A stretch of DNA of 63,330 nucleotides, counting the filler, from Hyphochytrium catenoides (lineage: Eukaryota > Protista > Hyphochytriomycota): NCBI GenBank assembly GCA_900088475.1. It is 18 parts of 18 records of this genome, joined end to end, with 100 filler letters (N's around TTAATTAATTAA, not from the genome) between each part and the next. Parts side by side here need not be neighbours in the genome. Positions count along the whole stretch, not along the records: positions 18,610 to 25,890 come from FLMG01001046.1; positions 25,991 to 27,849 come from FLMG01001242.1; positions 27,950 to 29,938 come from FLMG01003465.1; positions 30,039 to 36,311 come from FLMG01002815.1; positions 36,412 to 38,929 come from FLMG01000648.1; 13 more parts are not named here. The stretch is one strand, 5' to 3'. This document shows positions 24,701 through 38,201 of this stretch, piece after piece. Under the pieces are notes generated by a model that was not told the DNA's origin, did not search any database, and saw only the letters and a program-made list of their open reading frames with translations. How positions within the stretch are numbered: position 1 is the stretch's first letter; each line of letters opens with the position of its first letter. The position numbers were made by a program, and so were the translations under genes.

Positions 24701-25990
24701 TTTCTCTATCCATGGCTCTGTCTCTCTCACTCTTCCCAGTCTCTGTGTACTCTCTTCCTCATCCTTCAACCGATTCTCTCACCTGATGAGCAAACGACAA
24801 AAAAATTGACTGAAGGATGGAAGAACACATTACTACTAGCATCGTAAGAAGAGAGAAAGAGAGAGAGAGACCCTTTGAGCTAGAGAAAGGGATCTGAGGA
24901 AGTGAGAGGGAGGCAGGACAAGAGTTAAGGCCAAACGGACAGAGAGAAAGGGAAAGGAAGAGGGCTATAAGTCTAGGAGACAAGATGAGGGTAAGACATA
25001 GAGAGGGAAACACTTTGCCTTTGGAAGAAAAGAGATAGAAAGAGGTAAAGAAAGACGAGACCAAGAGAGGGAGGGAACAGACAACGGAGAGCTAAGAGGA
25101 GACAAAAGGAGTGAGCAATGGATAGATAGAGGGAGAGAGGCTCTCTGGGCACGGTTAGTGACAGAGAAAGAGAGGAGAGAGAGGGAGAGGTCTACCGTCT
25201 GCCCAGCGCATGTCAATAATACTTATCTTCGAACAAATAAAGGAAACACACACATAATAAAAGGCTCTCGTCTGAGGCCATAAATAGCGTTTGAGATAGA
25301 TAAAGCGAGAGAGAGAGGAGAGAAGAGAGGAGGAGAGACCAGATCGAAGACCGAGGAAAGACCCTTCGAACTAGAACAGGAGAGAGAGGGAAAGAGAGAC
25401 AGTGGAAGAGCAGAACGCCAGAGAGAGAGAGAGGGCTATAGACATTCATACACTATGCTACTCTCCGCTTCAAGAGCGGATCTAGGGTCAGAAGTACTAT
25501 CAGAGCTAAGCGTACGCCGTTGGCCTCCGCTGCTAGAGAAGGGTCCATCTCCCTCAGGGCTTGGATGGTAAAGAGAGATCTCTTCCTTTAGCAAGTCTGA
25601 AGCAATCAGGCAGAAAAGACATTAAGTTAGCTCCCTTTTCTATTAAGAGGAGAAGACAAGAGCGAGTCAAGAGGAAAGACTTGGATAGCTTCATTTTGTC
25701 GTAACAGAGAAGAGGCGCTCCAAGTCAAGGTTCCACGCCGTGGTGTGCAGCCCGGCACGATGGGGAAACATGGGAACACGCAAGGAAAGCCAGAAGGAAG
25801 ACAGAGAGAGAGAGAGAAAAAGACAGAGAGAGAGAGAGAAAAAAAAAGAGAGAGAGAGAGAGAGAGAATGAGAGTGAGAGAGAGAGAGAGNNNNNNNNNN
25901 NNNNNNNNNNNNNNNNNNNNNNNNNNNNNNNNNNTTAATTAATTAANNNNNNNNNNNNNNNNNNNNNNNNNNNNNNNNNNNNNNNNNNNN

Positions 25991-27849
25991 GACTCGGCGA
26001 TAAAGTTCTCGACCAGATTCTTGTGCACGGCCTCCTCATGAGACACGCCTATTCAAGGATTAGTTAATGTGCAGGGGCGCGAGTGTGATAAGATACAGAT
26101 TGACGAAAAGACTATGCAATGATTTAGTAAGGATCTTTTCGGACTTATTTCAGAGTGGAAGACGGTCTTTTGGGTGCAAGAAGAAGAAAATTTAGTTTTG
26201 CCTCACCGGTCAAGCTTGCGGCCTTAAGGTTCCAGATGGTAACATTGCCGTTCATATCAACTCCGAAGATAGGCGCATTTGCGTGGTCGATCAGTGAGTA
26301 ATACTACGAATGGATGACAACGGAACCGGCCAAGAACAAGAGTAAGACGACGGTGACTAGAGCCGCAAGACTCCGCAAAGAGAGAAAGGAGTCCACATCT
26401 CAGCTGTATCTAAGAGGCTAGCTGCCCTGACACCTCAGAGGTATGAACACGGTAGTGTCAAGTTGAAAGGAAAAGAATAGTTAGTGGTAACGAGCATCAG
26501 GCATCCTTCTCCTGCTCAACTGCTAAAGTCTCATCTGTCTCCCTACCTCTTGTTCTTTGGCCAACTTCTCAGTGATGTCCTCTCCAATTCCAACCACTCT
26601 CAGCACCTTCCCGTAGGCATCCATTTGAGGTGCTACGTTCAAGAGAATCTCCACGCGGCCGCCACCGTCCTTCGTGGAGAGTGGGCACTGGAACACAGGG
26701 AAGAGTTAGCGAAAGACTACCGCTGCTTCATTGACAAACCAATGAAGAGACATCGAGTTATCCGGAAATCATTCTGACCAGACATCAAGACTGAAGAGAG
26801 AATTGTCGCTAGAGAACAAGGTCTATAAGTAGATAGGAAGTCGACTAAAAGAGGAAGTCGACTAAAAGAGGGTGAACGTAGACCTTGGAACTAACGGCAG
26901 GGAATAGGGAGCGTAAGGGTCGATCGCCAGGGGAAGAAGAGAGACACTATAAGAATAAGTCTTGGTAACCTGGAAGGATTCTCGCGTAAAGAGTCCCTTA
27001 AGGCAGTTCGTGAACACCTCTCGCATCTCCGTTCTGCTATCGGCGGGAACGATGCAGTCGATAAGATTCTTTCCCCGGGCTTCCTCTAGAGGAATGCCAG
27101 TCAGGGAGGCAATTTTTTTATTCCATACTTCCACCTACAACGGGTGGACCAAGTTAGAGGTCTCGAGCAACAAAACCCACAGCAAGAACATTAAGGCTAC
27201 GTGAAAATGCCGTCTTATGTGGGAACAACTGTCTACGAGCAGACGAAGAAGAAGGGCGGACCGTATAATTATAAGGCTCAGATGGGGCAACTGCTAGGAC
27301 TATATGAAAGCCAGACCAGAATGAGAGGAAGTCAACCTGTAGCATGGTGTTTACTCCTAATATTGGAGCGTTGGCGTTGTCCAAGAGTCTGCGGTACTCC
27401 TGCTCCTTTACAATCTTTTCCGTAAGATCTCTGCCAATGGCGAGTATGCCCAAGATGTCATTGCCATAGGCCGCTTGCCTACTAGTCAGGTTGAGAACCA
27501 GCATGATTCGGTCTCCCGAGGATGAAATGACGGGGCACTCGAATTCTTCTGGAGTCTCTTCTCCTCGTAGACACTTGTCAAACATCCTTTTCACATACCA
27601 ACGCCTCTCATTTGCAACGAACTCATCAATGAAATGACGGCCCTGTGGCGTGAAAAGAGGCTGAGTTGCAACTCGAGCATCCAAGGTATAGGTCAAATAA
27701 GGTACGCAATAGCTGAATTCAGAAGGTCTATAGGAGAACTCTTAAGCGAGCTTGATACCGCGCGCACACCGAACTCCAGGGACCTTCCGAAGGGCCAAAC
27801 AACCAAGAATAAGTGAAGATAGAGCTGCTCTTACATGGGCCTGATCCCG
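25991..27849 (-). CDS. Multi-PAS-domain sensory protein (tandem PAS/PAC repeats; likely hybrid histidine kinase type), partial at both ends
   Basis: Recurring PAS signature across GT-AG exons: LLDNANAPILGVN...VEVWNKKIASLTG...GKNLIDCIV, LIDHANAPIFGVDMNGNVTIWNLKAASLT, and PAC ends GILAIGRDLTEK / VVGIGEDITEK. Confidence 0.85.
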
Positions 27850-28232
27850 NNNNNNNNNNNNNNNNNNNNNNNNNNNNNNNNNNNNNNNNNNNNTTAATTA
27901 ATTAANNNNNNNNNNNNNNNNNNNNNNNNNNNNNNNNNNNNNNNNNNNNCAGCTTAGAGGAGAAGAGACGGCCAATCATGGTGGTCAAGCTAAATAGAGA
28001 AAGGAAGGAAGACTGTCTCTTCTTGGTAGCTTTTTTCCCTCTCTCAGAAACAGCCCAAGAAAGAGAGAGGCTGAGCAGGGGACGGAACCTTTAGCTTCGA
28101 GGGCTCGTGAAGACTGCAGACGGAAAGGAGAGACTGCTCTGGAAAGCCGACGAGGAAGAGAGAAGGCACCACCAGCACAGATGAGACACATCCACACCTT
28201 CCTGTCTCCTCTTCCAGCTTCATCTTTCTACC

Positions 28233-28290
<58 letters not shown>

Positions 28291-29191
28291 CCCAGTCTCA
28301 TAGTCTCCATCACAGATTCTCGTTGTCTCTCTCTCTTGTCTCTCTTCTCTCTCTCTCTCTCTTGCTTGGACTTCCCCTTTCCCCCTCACTGTTAGTCTCT
28401 CTGTCTCTCTGTCTCTCCGTCGCTCTGTCTCTCTGTTCTCTGTCTCTCTCTGTGTGTCTCTCCCTTCTCTTTTTCACTCTGTCTCTCCCTGTCGGTTCAA
28501 CAAGAGAGGAAGGTCCATCAACAGTGACGCCCAGTCATTCCTCTCTCCCACTCCAGCCATCCTACAGTGACAAACCCATATCACCTCCATTCAATGCCTA
28601 AGGTAATATCAGCAGCTTGACAAACCCACACTAACTAAAGGATATTACCGCTAACGTCAGCAATCCGCAAACACGTAATGACCTGGGGGAGATCTGCTCG
28701 CTCCCGGGGGAGCCCTGATATTGGACTTCTGATCGTCCTCTGCAGATAGATTTTGTAGAGAAAAACGGACAACGTAGAGAGACAGAGCGTGGAAGAAGAG
28801 ACAAGAGAGAGAGAGAAAAAAAAGAGAGAGAGAGAGGGGAAGAGAGAGAAAGAGAGAGANNNNNNNNNNNNNNNNNNNNNNNNNAGAGAGAGAGAGAGGA
28901 TATGAGCATATGAGCATATCCTAGAGAGAGAGGATGACGATCACTAGACCTGAGCATGAAGCGGGGAGAGAGCAAGAAGCACGACACATCAAGGGAACGT
29001 GAAAGCCGAAACAGGATTTCCCAGCCACAGGCACCACGGCGTCCTATCAGTCGATTAGGGCTGAAGGGAGAGAAAGAGAGACGCGAACTTAAGGATAAGC
29101 GGAGGAAAAGAAGGTCACGAGAGGTAGAAGAGAAAGAGATATCACTGAGAGAAAGTCGATAGCTTCTGTAAGACGAGACGGACGGAGAGAG

Positions 29192-29938
29192 ATGAGAATC
29201 TCTCATGGCGACTTTGAGACCTTTTTAAAGGACATGTTTGGCTCTCAGGGCGGGAAGCTTGAGAGCACCACATCATCGCAACGAGAGAGAGAGAAAGAGA
29301 GAGAGAAAGAGAGCTATGCGAAGCTGTACTACGGCTTGGGTCTCTTACATTGTGAGGTCAGAATGGGCGCGAATGACAGGTACCTTCTCCTCTTCCGCGC
29401 CCACACGCCAGAGGCCGAGCCGGGCCCTGCAAGGCTCAGAATCAATTGTCTCCGCCTTGGAGAAGACGCTTCTCCTCTGTGGCAGAGAGATATGGACGCA
29501 ACGGGATTCTTGCTGCACGTAGGTCTTCCTGGACACACTCCTCCTGACGCTCTCGTTCCCTACAGTTCTCTCTCACTCCCTCGCTCGCGCTCTCTCTCTC
29601 TCTCACTCCCTCGCTCTCGCTCTCTTTCTTCTCTTTCTTTCTTTTTCTGGCTCTCTCCCTCTCTCTCTGTGTCCCCCTCTCTTCCCTGGTCTCCCCGATT
29701 CTCTCTCTCCCCCCTCCTTTCTCTCCCCCCCTCTTTCTCTTTCTGGCTTGTTGTCTCCGTGGAGCCTGGCTTTTCACAAGGCCCATGCTGTTTCTTTGGC
29801 TCTCTCTTTCTCTCTCTTCCCCATTCTCTTTTCTTCCCCTCTCTTTCCCTCGCCCTTCTCTCTTCTTCTACTGTCTTCATTGCTCACTGTCTCATGGTCC
29901 GTCCCCATCTTTGCCCTCCCTAGGTGGACTCTCTGGGG
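29192..29938 (+). CDS. Hypothetical protein, first exon ~29192-29518, 3' truncated
   Basis: Non-repetitive ORF (MRISHGDFETFLKDMFG...YAKLYYGLGLLHCEV...DATGFLLH) ending at a GTAGG donor, then a CT-rich intron and an acceptor at ~29924. Confidence 0.45.
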
Positions 29939-30038
29939 NNNNNNNNNNNNNNNNNNNNNNNNNNNNNNNNNNNNNNNNNNNNTTAATTAATTAANNNNNN
30001 NNNNNNNNNNNNNNNNNNNNNNNNNNNNNNNNNNNNNN

Positions 30039-31812
30039 AACTCCAAGCCCAAGGAGAACGAACAGGGAAGTAGAGGTGATCGTGGTCACATCCAGGAGAG
30101 AAGCAGAGAAGAGTGCGCCAAACACTCCCACGGCGCCCACCTCAATGGCTCCGCCCATCTTAAACAGCAGGACAGGGCCGAGGAAGAGACATACGAGAGC
30201 GAGGGGTTAGAGCGCAGGAGACAGTAAAGGTGATGGGAAGGGTGGCCCCATCAAGAATGATAGCAATAAAAACAAGCTGAGACTCCATGATTGCGAGCTG
30301 ACAAGTCCTTAGAGTGACAGAGAGATGGTCAAAGAAGCTAAAGATAGGGGGAGTCATGCCAATTTAAATGGAACTGCCAAGTCCGCGACAGAGGGACAAC
30401 TCAGAGAAAAGACTAAGCCCGAGTTGCCAATCAACAAGCAGAGCATCAAGCAGTGCAGCAGCAAGGGGTATAGGCGCGCTCAAGTTGGACCGAGATGCAC
30501 TCCATACGTCCCCAAAAGACAGCTGGTTTAAAGGTCGAGGATATGTTACCAGCAGCGCTGACTTGATCCCTTGTGTCATTAGCTCTCCCTCCCGTTTTAA
30601 GTCATGCTCTTGAGCGAGCTTGACTGCCTCAAACATTTGCCGGAGGACGTCACTTCGGCTCACGTCAAAGCCAGAAAGGCGTCCATCCTTCCCATACTCT
30701 TGACTATTTTCAGATGCAAAGGAGACCTGGGATGGCCGGAACGCAGTGACAAAACCAAACAATGTAGAAGAGGTAGATGTTAGTCTCTAAGCTTGTCCTA
30801 CCTCTATCTTTCCATTACTTCCATCACTTGTCAACCTACTTCTCTCTGCGCCAGCTGTCCCCTTCGCGTCTCCAGTCTCTGCTGGAAGAGCCCCATCGCG
30901 TCATCAAAGTGTCTTTGGCACTTTCGAACCATCCATCCGGCGAGTTCGTCCACCTGGCGGGAGACCTTTGTAGGAGGGAAAGATCAGCGAAAGAAAGGAA
31001 CAAGAGGACATGAAAACCGTCAGCAGGCGCCATTCAGCGTTCCTAGTGAGCACAGACGAAGGCGCGCTAGTTAAATGTCCCGGTGTCTCTTTCCGTCCGT
31101 CACATCTTTGAGGGCTATGCCACGTGACCCTTTAATCTCTTCCAGTCAACTCCAGAAACCTGCCAACACTATCTTCCTGATCTCTTCACCACCGAAGTGG
31201 GAAGACCACAATTAGAGCAGACAACGGTCAAGCCTATCCCAGCATTCTTCTCTTTTCTGCTGTGGCTACCGTTCTTGAGCCCTTGGCTCGTGCTTAACAT
31301 TCACAATGAACTTACCTCTTGTTCTATATCTCCTACTTCCTCTTCAAACTCCTTGACAAGCTTCTCACGTTCCCTTATAATCTCGTAGAAGTTGCTATAG
31401 TTGAGCTTGTCATCAATAAATGACTCCGCGCGCCGCAAAGCTCCCTGGAGGTTGACTTCTAGTCGGGAGGTGACACCGGAAAAGTCGCTGAGCATATCTG
31501 AGCGGAATAGCTTCAGGCGTGCTTCCAATTGCTCCAACATCCTCATGTCACCCTGCGAAGGGAGTTAGAACATTTGAGTTGAGCTGGAAGAGCAAGTGTG
31601 GAAGAGAGAGGCGAGAATGGAGGATGGCGCGGAATCCTGCCAGGGAATAATGTAATATAGAGAGAACAAAGGAAAGGCGAGGTGCCGAGGGTAGGAAAGA
31701 GATAGGTCAGGACGAGCATGACGGCCTACAAGTGCGTAAGGAGAAACAAGAGTGACAGTGTTCGAAACTGCCACCAGGCCCAAAAAACCGCGAGGGAACG
31801 GAGAGAACATAT

Positions 31813-31878
<66 letters not shown>

Positions 31879-34362
31879 CAAAGATAAAGACAGACGAGCT
31901 GGACGCAAGAGAGACATGAGTCTGTGCTTCCTTTCATATACAAGAACTTGAAAGTGAAAATAAGGGCAAGAAAACAAAGGAGCAAGGAGCAAAGACATCG
32001 GCCAGGTACCTTGAGGACCTCCAGTTGATACTGAAGGATCTCCTGCTGCCGTTTGCAGATCCTGCCTGCTGTAGCTGCTGGAGAGTCCAGCTTGAGTCTC
32101 AGGCGCTCCTCACTATCCAACGTCAAAGAGATACTTCGCTCTAACTCTAGCATGTTACTTGCCGTCCAGCCAGGAGTGGAAAGGGAAAGGGCAAGAGAAG
32201 GCTAGAGGAACTTGGTTAAACGAGGTCTGCAAGCGGGGGCTCAAAGGAGAGAACTGGGTTAAGAAGTGTGGCTAGGGCAGCTTCGTAAACACAAGCAAAC
32301 GATTGCTTGACGATGAATAGAGGAAAAGATGGCGGAGATATCTTAAGGTCCCAAGAGGAAGGACGAGAGACAAAGAACTGCGACGGCTAACCTCCGCGTT
32401 AGCCTCCAGTTTGGCTTTGAGCGCCGCCTTAGCGCTGAGATGAAACACTTGCGGATCAGATCCTAGCACTGACCGTGCCCTATCTCTAACATAGCTGCGG
32501 ACCTCCCTCAGCTGTTCATCAGAGAGGAGATCAATCTTGTTGATTATCACTAGGGCCTGGCAGGGAAGAAAAGTAGAGTTAGGAGCCTATTATGCAGAAG
32601 ACAGACATGAACGTACAGAGAAGAGAGTGCGCAGCGGAAGGACTATATACTCCCTAACAGTCTACATAGCTTGACATCGGAGATAAACGGCGGCGTATGC
32701 AGACTGTTAGGGCAAGGGAAAATAAATGGGAGCAGAGAGCGAAGACAGGTAACCAGGGAATCGGTGCAATTCTCCTTCTAACACGCCCTCCTCTCAGCAG
32801 AGCGTTCTCTTCATTTCTCCTTCTCTTCACTATCTTTCCTATCTCTAGATACCTTTTTGCCCCATTCCCTAATGCTTTCGAGGAAGGCTCTCTCGCTCTC
32901 ACTGAACGGCCTATCTGCGCTCGTAACGAAGAGAAGAAGGTCCGAGAGGGGCACGAAGTCTCGCGTAAGCTTCTCGTGGTGTCTGTCTATCGCGTTGGTG
33001 CCGGGAGTGTCCACAATCTTTACATAGCGCATCCACGGCACTGAGACAGTGCGAGAGTGCGTTCCTAGGGAGGACAAACAGAGAAGAAAGAGAAAGTTTC
33101 GGACAAGGACAAAGGGAGAGAAAATGTGGGGTGGAGCGAACCGAGAGAGGAAGAGTTTGAGGAGGAGAGTAAAAGCGAAATAGGAGGGATGATGTGAAGT
33201 CAGAGAGGACAAGACAATGCCATGAGTCCCCGAAGCCAAGAGGAAGAGAGCTAAAGCAAGTATCTCAATCGGAGAGCATTCCCACTCCGTGGGTGAGGAG
33301 GAAACAACTCATTTCTTTTTGGAGCGAGACGATAGAAAGGAAGACCTAGACAGCTGAAGACATAGAGGGAAGATGGAGAAAGGAAGAAAGATAAAGGAGA
33401 GAGAATGAGAGAGCTGTAGAGAGAGATCGAGAGGGAGGACCATAGAGCTGGAGACAGAGAGAGAGAGAAAAAAAGAGAGAGTGTGTCTCCTCACCGTCAG
33501 GAAGAATGATAGGCTCAGGGACATCGCTTTCCCCATATCTCACGACACAAATTTCTGAGGTTGTAGGTACAGGCCCTGGGCAAGACGAGGTGACGATAAA
33601 TATAAGGAGTGAGAGTCGAACACACCCAGAAGAGAGACGGCGCACCCCAAGTCATTAAGGAGGTAAAAGCACACAGGAGAAGAGAACTTAGAGTGATAGA
33701 TTCTTTATCTAAATCTTTCTTCATAGCAAGGCGAGACGAAGAAGGAAAATTTGTCCCTTTAACAGGACACATGCACAGAGAGAGAGAGCACGTGCGAGAC
33801 AGAAACGGGGAGGGAGAGAGAGAGAGAAAAGTGAGAGAGAGAGAAGAGAGAGAGAGAGTCGTTTACCTTCAGGAAGGAACTTCCTTCCCAGCAGCGCATT
33901 GATAAGAGAGCTTTTCCCCGAGTTAAACTCTCCTACAACGACGAGAAGGAAGAGATCATCGAGTCGCTCCAGCTCGGCGCGGAGAAGCTTCAGATCTTGC
34001 CCTTGGAGAGACGAGGGGGGATGGGGCCCAGATGCCTCAAGAGCAAGAAGAATTCTGTTCAGCACTTCTCTCTCATCCTTAAGCAGAACTCTCTCTTCCT
34101 CTGTAAGGAAGCGCTCGTAGGAGGAGGCGCCTGCGCTTGGGGAAGGCGGAGAAGGAGAAGAGACAGAGGAGAAAGCTGCCGCCTTATATCTGAGGAAGAC
34201 CGAGACGCTAGGACGAGGAAACGTATCTTGCTTTGGCAGAATTAGCGCGCGGTGACCACGGAGAACGGACTGTTTAGAGGCAGACGCAAGGTTTAAAGAA
34301 GAAAGCGCGCAGCGACACTGGACAAGGGAGCGCTTTCGGACCATCCCAAATACTGCTGCCAT
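30039..34362 (-). CDS. FZL/bacterial-dynamin-like (mitofusin superfamily) GTPase, multi-exon, 3' truncated
   Basis: G1 VVVGEFNSGKSSLINALLG, G2 PVPTT, G3 IVDTPGTNAI, FVPLSDLLLFVTSADRPFSESERAFL, G4 IINKID, FHLSAKAAL, ERLRLKLDSP, and C-terminal hydrophobic GAIEVGAVGVFGALFSASLLDVT. Confidence 0.88.
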
Positions 34363-34794
34363 CCTGGCACTCCACGTAAGTCCGTATCCCTTGTCTCAGC
34401 ACTGGATCCCCTGCTCTTCAGCGCCGCCCTACGATGCGCTTCAATCCAATCTCTCAAAAGCGCGCAAGGCTTCGGCAAGCGCTTCAGGCGTCAGGAGGCG
34501 CTGCTGCTTCTGGAAGAGAGAAGTGTCTGCGGCAGAATAGCCACGCTTTCTCTATAAAGAACAAGGGGAAAGTTTATGGGAGATGATTCTTAGATGCGAA
34601 GCATGAGAGAGAGGACACGAGGGAGAGACAGAGAGAGATAGAGAGACAGAGAGCAGACAGAGAGCACAGAGAGAGAGAGAGAGAGAGCAAAGAGAGAGAA
34701 GAGAGAAAATCAGGAAGAATTTGATTCTATCGTGTTGCCTTATCGGATAAAGCCGGTAACGGACCGATGCTCGCTCCCTCTCTTCTTGTTGTGT

Positions 34795-34858
<64 letters not shown>

Positions 34859-35183
34859 GTCCCTCTATCATCCCCCAAACTCTCTATCTCTCGCTAGGTC
34901 TACGGCCTCCTTGCTACCTCTACGGCCTCCTATAAGGAGACATAGCGACAGAGAGTAAGAGAGAGAGAGAGAGAGTGAAGCGATAGGGCAGCATCTGCAC
35001 TTGTGAGAGGAAAGAGAGACGAAGGACATTCCATAGTCTTATATGTGAAGTCTTGTTTGGCTAGTCAAGATGAGAAAGAGGAAGGATGGGCCTAGGTGCT
35101 TTCGCCAGTCACTCTCTCTCTCTTTGACATCTCTCTCTCGGCACCACCCAGCGCGCACACTGAGCTCTACATCATCCGTCTCT

Positions 35184-35617
35184 CTACTCTAGCACTTGCG
35201 AGGTAAAGATAGTCTTAAAGAGAGATGGCAGTTTGTTCGTATCTAGGCAGACAAAGCCTTTGCCTCTTGGTAGTGCGCGCAGAAGACTTTCTGCTTCCTT
35301 GGCGAGAGATGCGATGAAGATAGAGTAAGCCTTTACCCGAGGGTCGCTCACGAGGATCTTCCCTACATAGCGAGGAGAGATAAGCCCACGGTGCAGCCAA
35401 AGAAGAGTCAAAGATGGGCACGTTACGAGGGGAGAGTGCAGACCAGAGTTAAGAGAGAGAAAGAAGGACAGAGAGGGAGAGAGAGCGGAGCGGCCCAGTG
35501 GTACCAAGACTTAAGAGAGGCTTTAGTAGGAGGAGCAACGGCATGCATATCAGGCAGCGTCGGATAAGAGAGACGAAAATACGGAGAGAGAGAGAGAGAG
35601 AGAGAGACGTTGGAGAC

Positions 35618-35663
<46 letters not shown>

Positions 35664-36311
35664 GCCAGAGATGACGGAAAGAAAGAAGTCAGGAGTAGAC
35701 TGCTCCAGGAGGGAAGAGGTGGCTAGGCTACCTAGCTGCTGCGGCCGAATGCCATATCTCTCCAAGTTAGCGTCACTAAGGACAAATACAAAGTAGTCGT
35801 CCCCTTCCTCCTTCAACACTTCCCTCATTCCTCTCTGCGCAGCCTCCAGCGTGAAGTCGCCTGACTGGCAAAACTGGGAATGCGCTACCATCTCCTGCAG
35901 CACCTGAGGGACAAGCAGCAAAGAAAACAAGCGTTATTTGCCCAGTTTCTAGTAGTACCAGCGAGGCAGTCTGTCTCCTACGGATGGCTAGAGAAGAGAC
36001 AGTGGCCTTGAGACAGGAAAGGCGTAAGTGTATAGAGAGGAACCATGCTCAGCAGGTGCAGAGCAAGGTCTATTAAGATAGAAAAAGGGAGAGCCATACG
36101 GTTTCCCCTAGGCTGGTCAGTAAAAGGATAGGTAGTAGCCTTCCCAGTCTAGTGATAGTGAGACAGAGCTGCTGAGAGTAAAATCAGCGGACAGACAAGC
36201 AGCTTTTCCTCTGCATTACCTTGAGCCTTTCTTTCCTGTTGGCTGGCGGATGATGCCAATCGACAAAGGGGATGGCGGGAGAGTCTCCACTATGGCCCAC
36301 AATGCTATAGA
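35184..36311 (-). CDS. VWA8: VWA8 (mitochondrial AAA+/von Willebrand A protein) C-terminus, 5' truncated; exons <36311-36220, ~35903-35732, 35362-35184
   Basis: YSIVGHSGDS, MVAHSQFCQSGDFTLEA, DDYFVFVLSDANLERYGIRP and DPRVKAYSIFIASLAKEAESL...GFVCLDTNKLPSLFKTIFTS match the conserved VWA8 C-terminus. Confidence 0.9.
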
Positions 36312-36411
36312 NNNNNNNNNNNNNNNNNNNNNNNNNNNNNNNNNNNNNNNNNNNNTTAATTAATTAANNNNNNNNNNNNNNNNNNNNNNNNNNNNNNNNN
36401 NNNNNNNNNNN

Positions 36412-37464
36412 CTCTCCTCAGGCAGTGGAGTGGCAAGAGGCAATCTCCAGCGAGCTACACTCCATGGAGGAGCAGCACGGGGTATGGGAACTGGTTCCCC
36501 GCCTCCTGGAGCTAACATCGTAGGATGCCGCTGGGTCTTTAAGGTCAAGACGCACGCTGATGGGACCGTCGAGAGGTACAAGGCAAGATTAGTGGCACAA
36601 AGTTTCCGGCAGAAGGAGGGAATCGATTATCAAAAAGTTTTTGCTCTGACCATCGGACATGAGTCCATTTCGGTGCATCTTGTCATTGGCGGCATCGTTC
36701 GACATGGAGATTCATCATATGGATATCAAGACTGCTTTCTTGCACGGGGAGCTGGAAGAAACGGTGTATATGAAGCAGCCTCCGGAATTCGCCCGTGCTG
36801 GTTCTCAAGATCATGTCTGCAAGCTGAAGAGGAGCATCTACGGCCTGAAGCAGAGCCCGCGATAGTGGAACAAGGTGATTGACGGGTATCTGAAGAAGAA
36901 GCTTGGATTCCATCCCAGCATATGTGAGGCCTTGCGTGTACATCCGAAACCGCACTGAGACAAACTCCAAGCTGCCCGAGATCATCACTCTATCTGTCGG
37001 CGACTTGCTTTTGATCGGAGAGTCAACGGATCTACTGAAAGGCATGAAGAAGATGCTCTCGGACAGGTTCGTCGAGGTCACGGACCTTGGAGAGCTCAAC
37101 TATTTTCTCGGGATTTAGGTACGTCGGGACAGGACAGCAAGGACCATCACACTGTCGCAGCCAAAGTACATCAACAGCGTCCTAGAGAGGTTCAACATGG
37201 CTGAGTGTCATCCAAGTCCGCTGCCAGTAGCCCCAAAGTCATACCTACCAAGGGGACGAGACATTCCAGTTACGCCGCAGACTCATTCAAGAGCTCCTGA
37301 GCCAGATACCATATCGGGAAGCTGGAGGGTGCCTTATGTACCTTATGGTCACCCAGGCCCGACATTGGTTTTGCAGTACAATCCGTGACCCAGCACACAT
37401 CAACGCCAAGAGTTGCGCACTGGGAGGCTGTTAAGCGCATCTTTAGGTACTTGAAGGGTACAGT
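36412..37464 (+). mobile_element. Ty1/copia reverse transcriptase pseudogene
   Basis: CRWVFKVK...YKARLVAQ, MDIKTAFLHGELEETVYMKQP, CKLKRSIYGLKQSPR*W, DLGELNYFLGI, HWEAVKRIFRYLKGT. Frameshifts and stops present; YVDD degraded to SVGD. Confidence 0.93.
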
Positions 37465-38201
37465 TGTTAGATTATATGGGATGAATGGACAATGTCATTA
37501 GATTAGAGTGCTCCACTTATAAGTCCAATTGGGGTCCCATACTCTAGAGCTATTCTGACTATGCCAACTATTCCTAATAAAGCCTAAGATATTCAATCAT
37601 AGAGAAATCCCTGTCTAGAACAGTCAGTCCTGAAGGTATTCCGGGGTACTGACCATAAGCCATAGATATAAACAGGGGCATTTCGTTTGCTTCATATCTC
37701 GGCTTCTACTGCGAGTTTAGAGCTGAAACTTGGGTAGTTAAGCTTGCCAGCTTGTAGGCCACATAGCTATGCCCTCAGACTCCAACACAGTGGACCTAGG
37801 CTTGACTCTTGGTGGTATAAGTGCGCCATGCCTAAAGGCGTTTGCGGATGCACCTGGGCCAATGACCCGTCGGACCGGAAGTCCAAGTTGAGAGCAGAGG
37901 CTGACAAGAGCTCCAAAAGGCTCACAGTTCCAGACTCTATCTGAGAAGAGGAAGAAGGCACAAAACAAAGTGTTTCAGAGTTATGATAATTAGGTTATTA
38001 TCATCAGGTAAGTCACCATATGACGTCAAGAAGTAGTAACTGGGTCTAGTAGTTTATACGAGACACAGTTACTCTCCAAAAGAACTAGACAACGTGATAA
38101 CTAGGAAACAGGGTCCCATAAGCTCTTCATACTCACTTCGAGCATATCAGTAGACCACATAACCTAAATAAGAGTGTCTTCAAATCCCATACATTATAAC
38201 A
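37465..38201. mobile_element. Solo-LTR-like element (737 bp)
   Basis: TG...CA ends with a 14/17 inverted terminal match (tgttagattatatggga / tcccatacattataaca). AT-richer than its flanks, and it interrupts copia coding sequence precisely at both ends. Confidence 0.75.
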
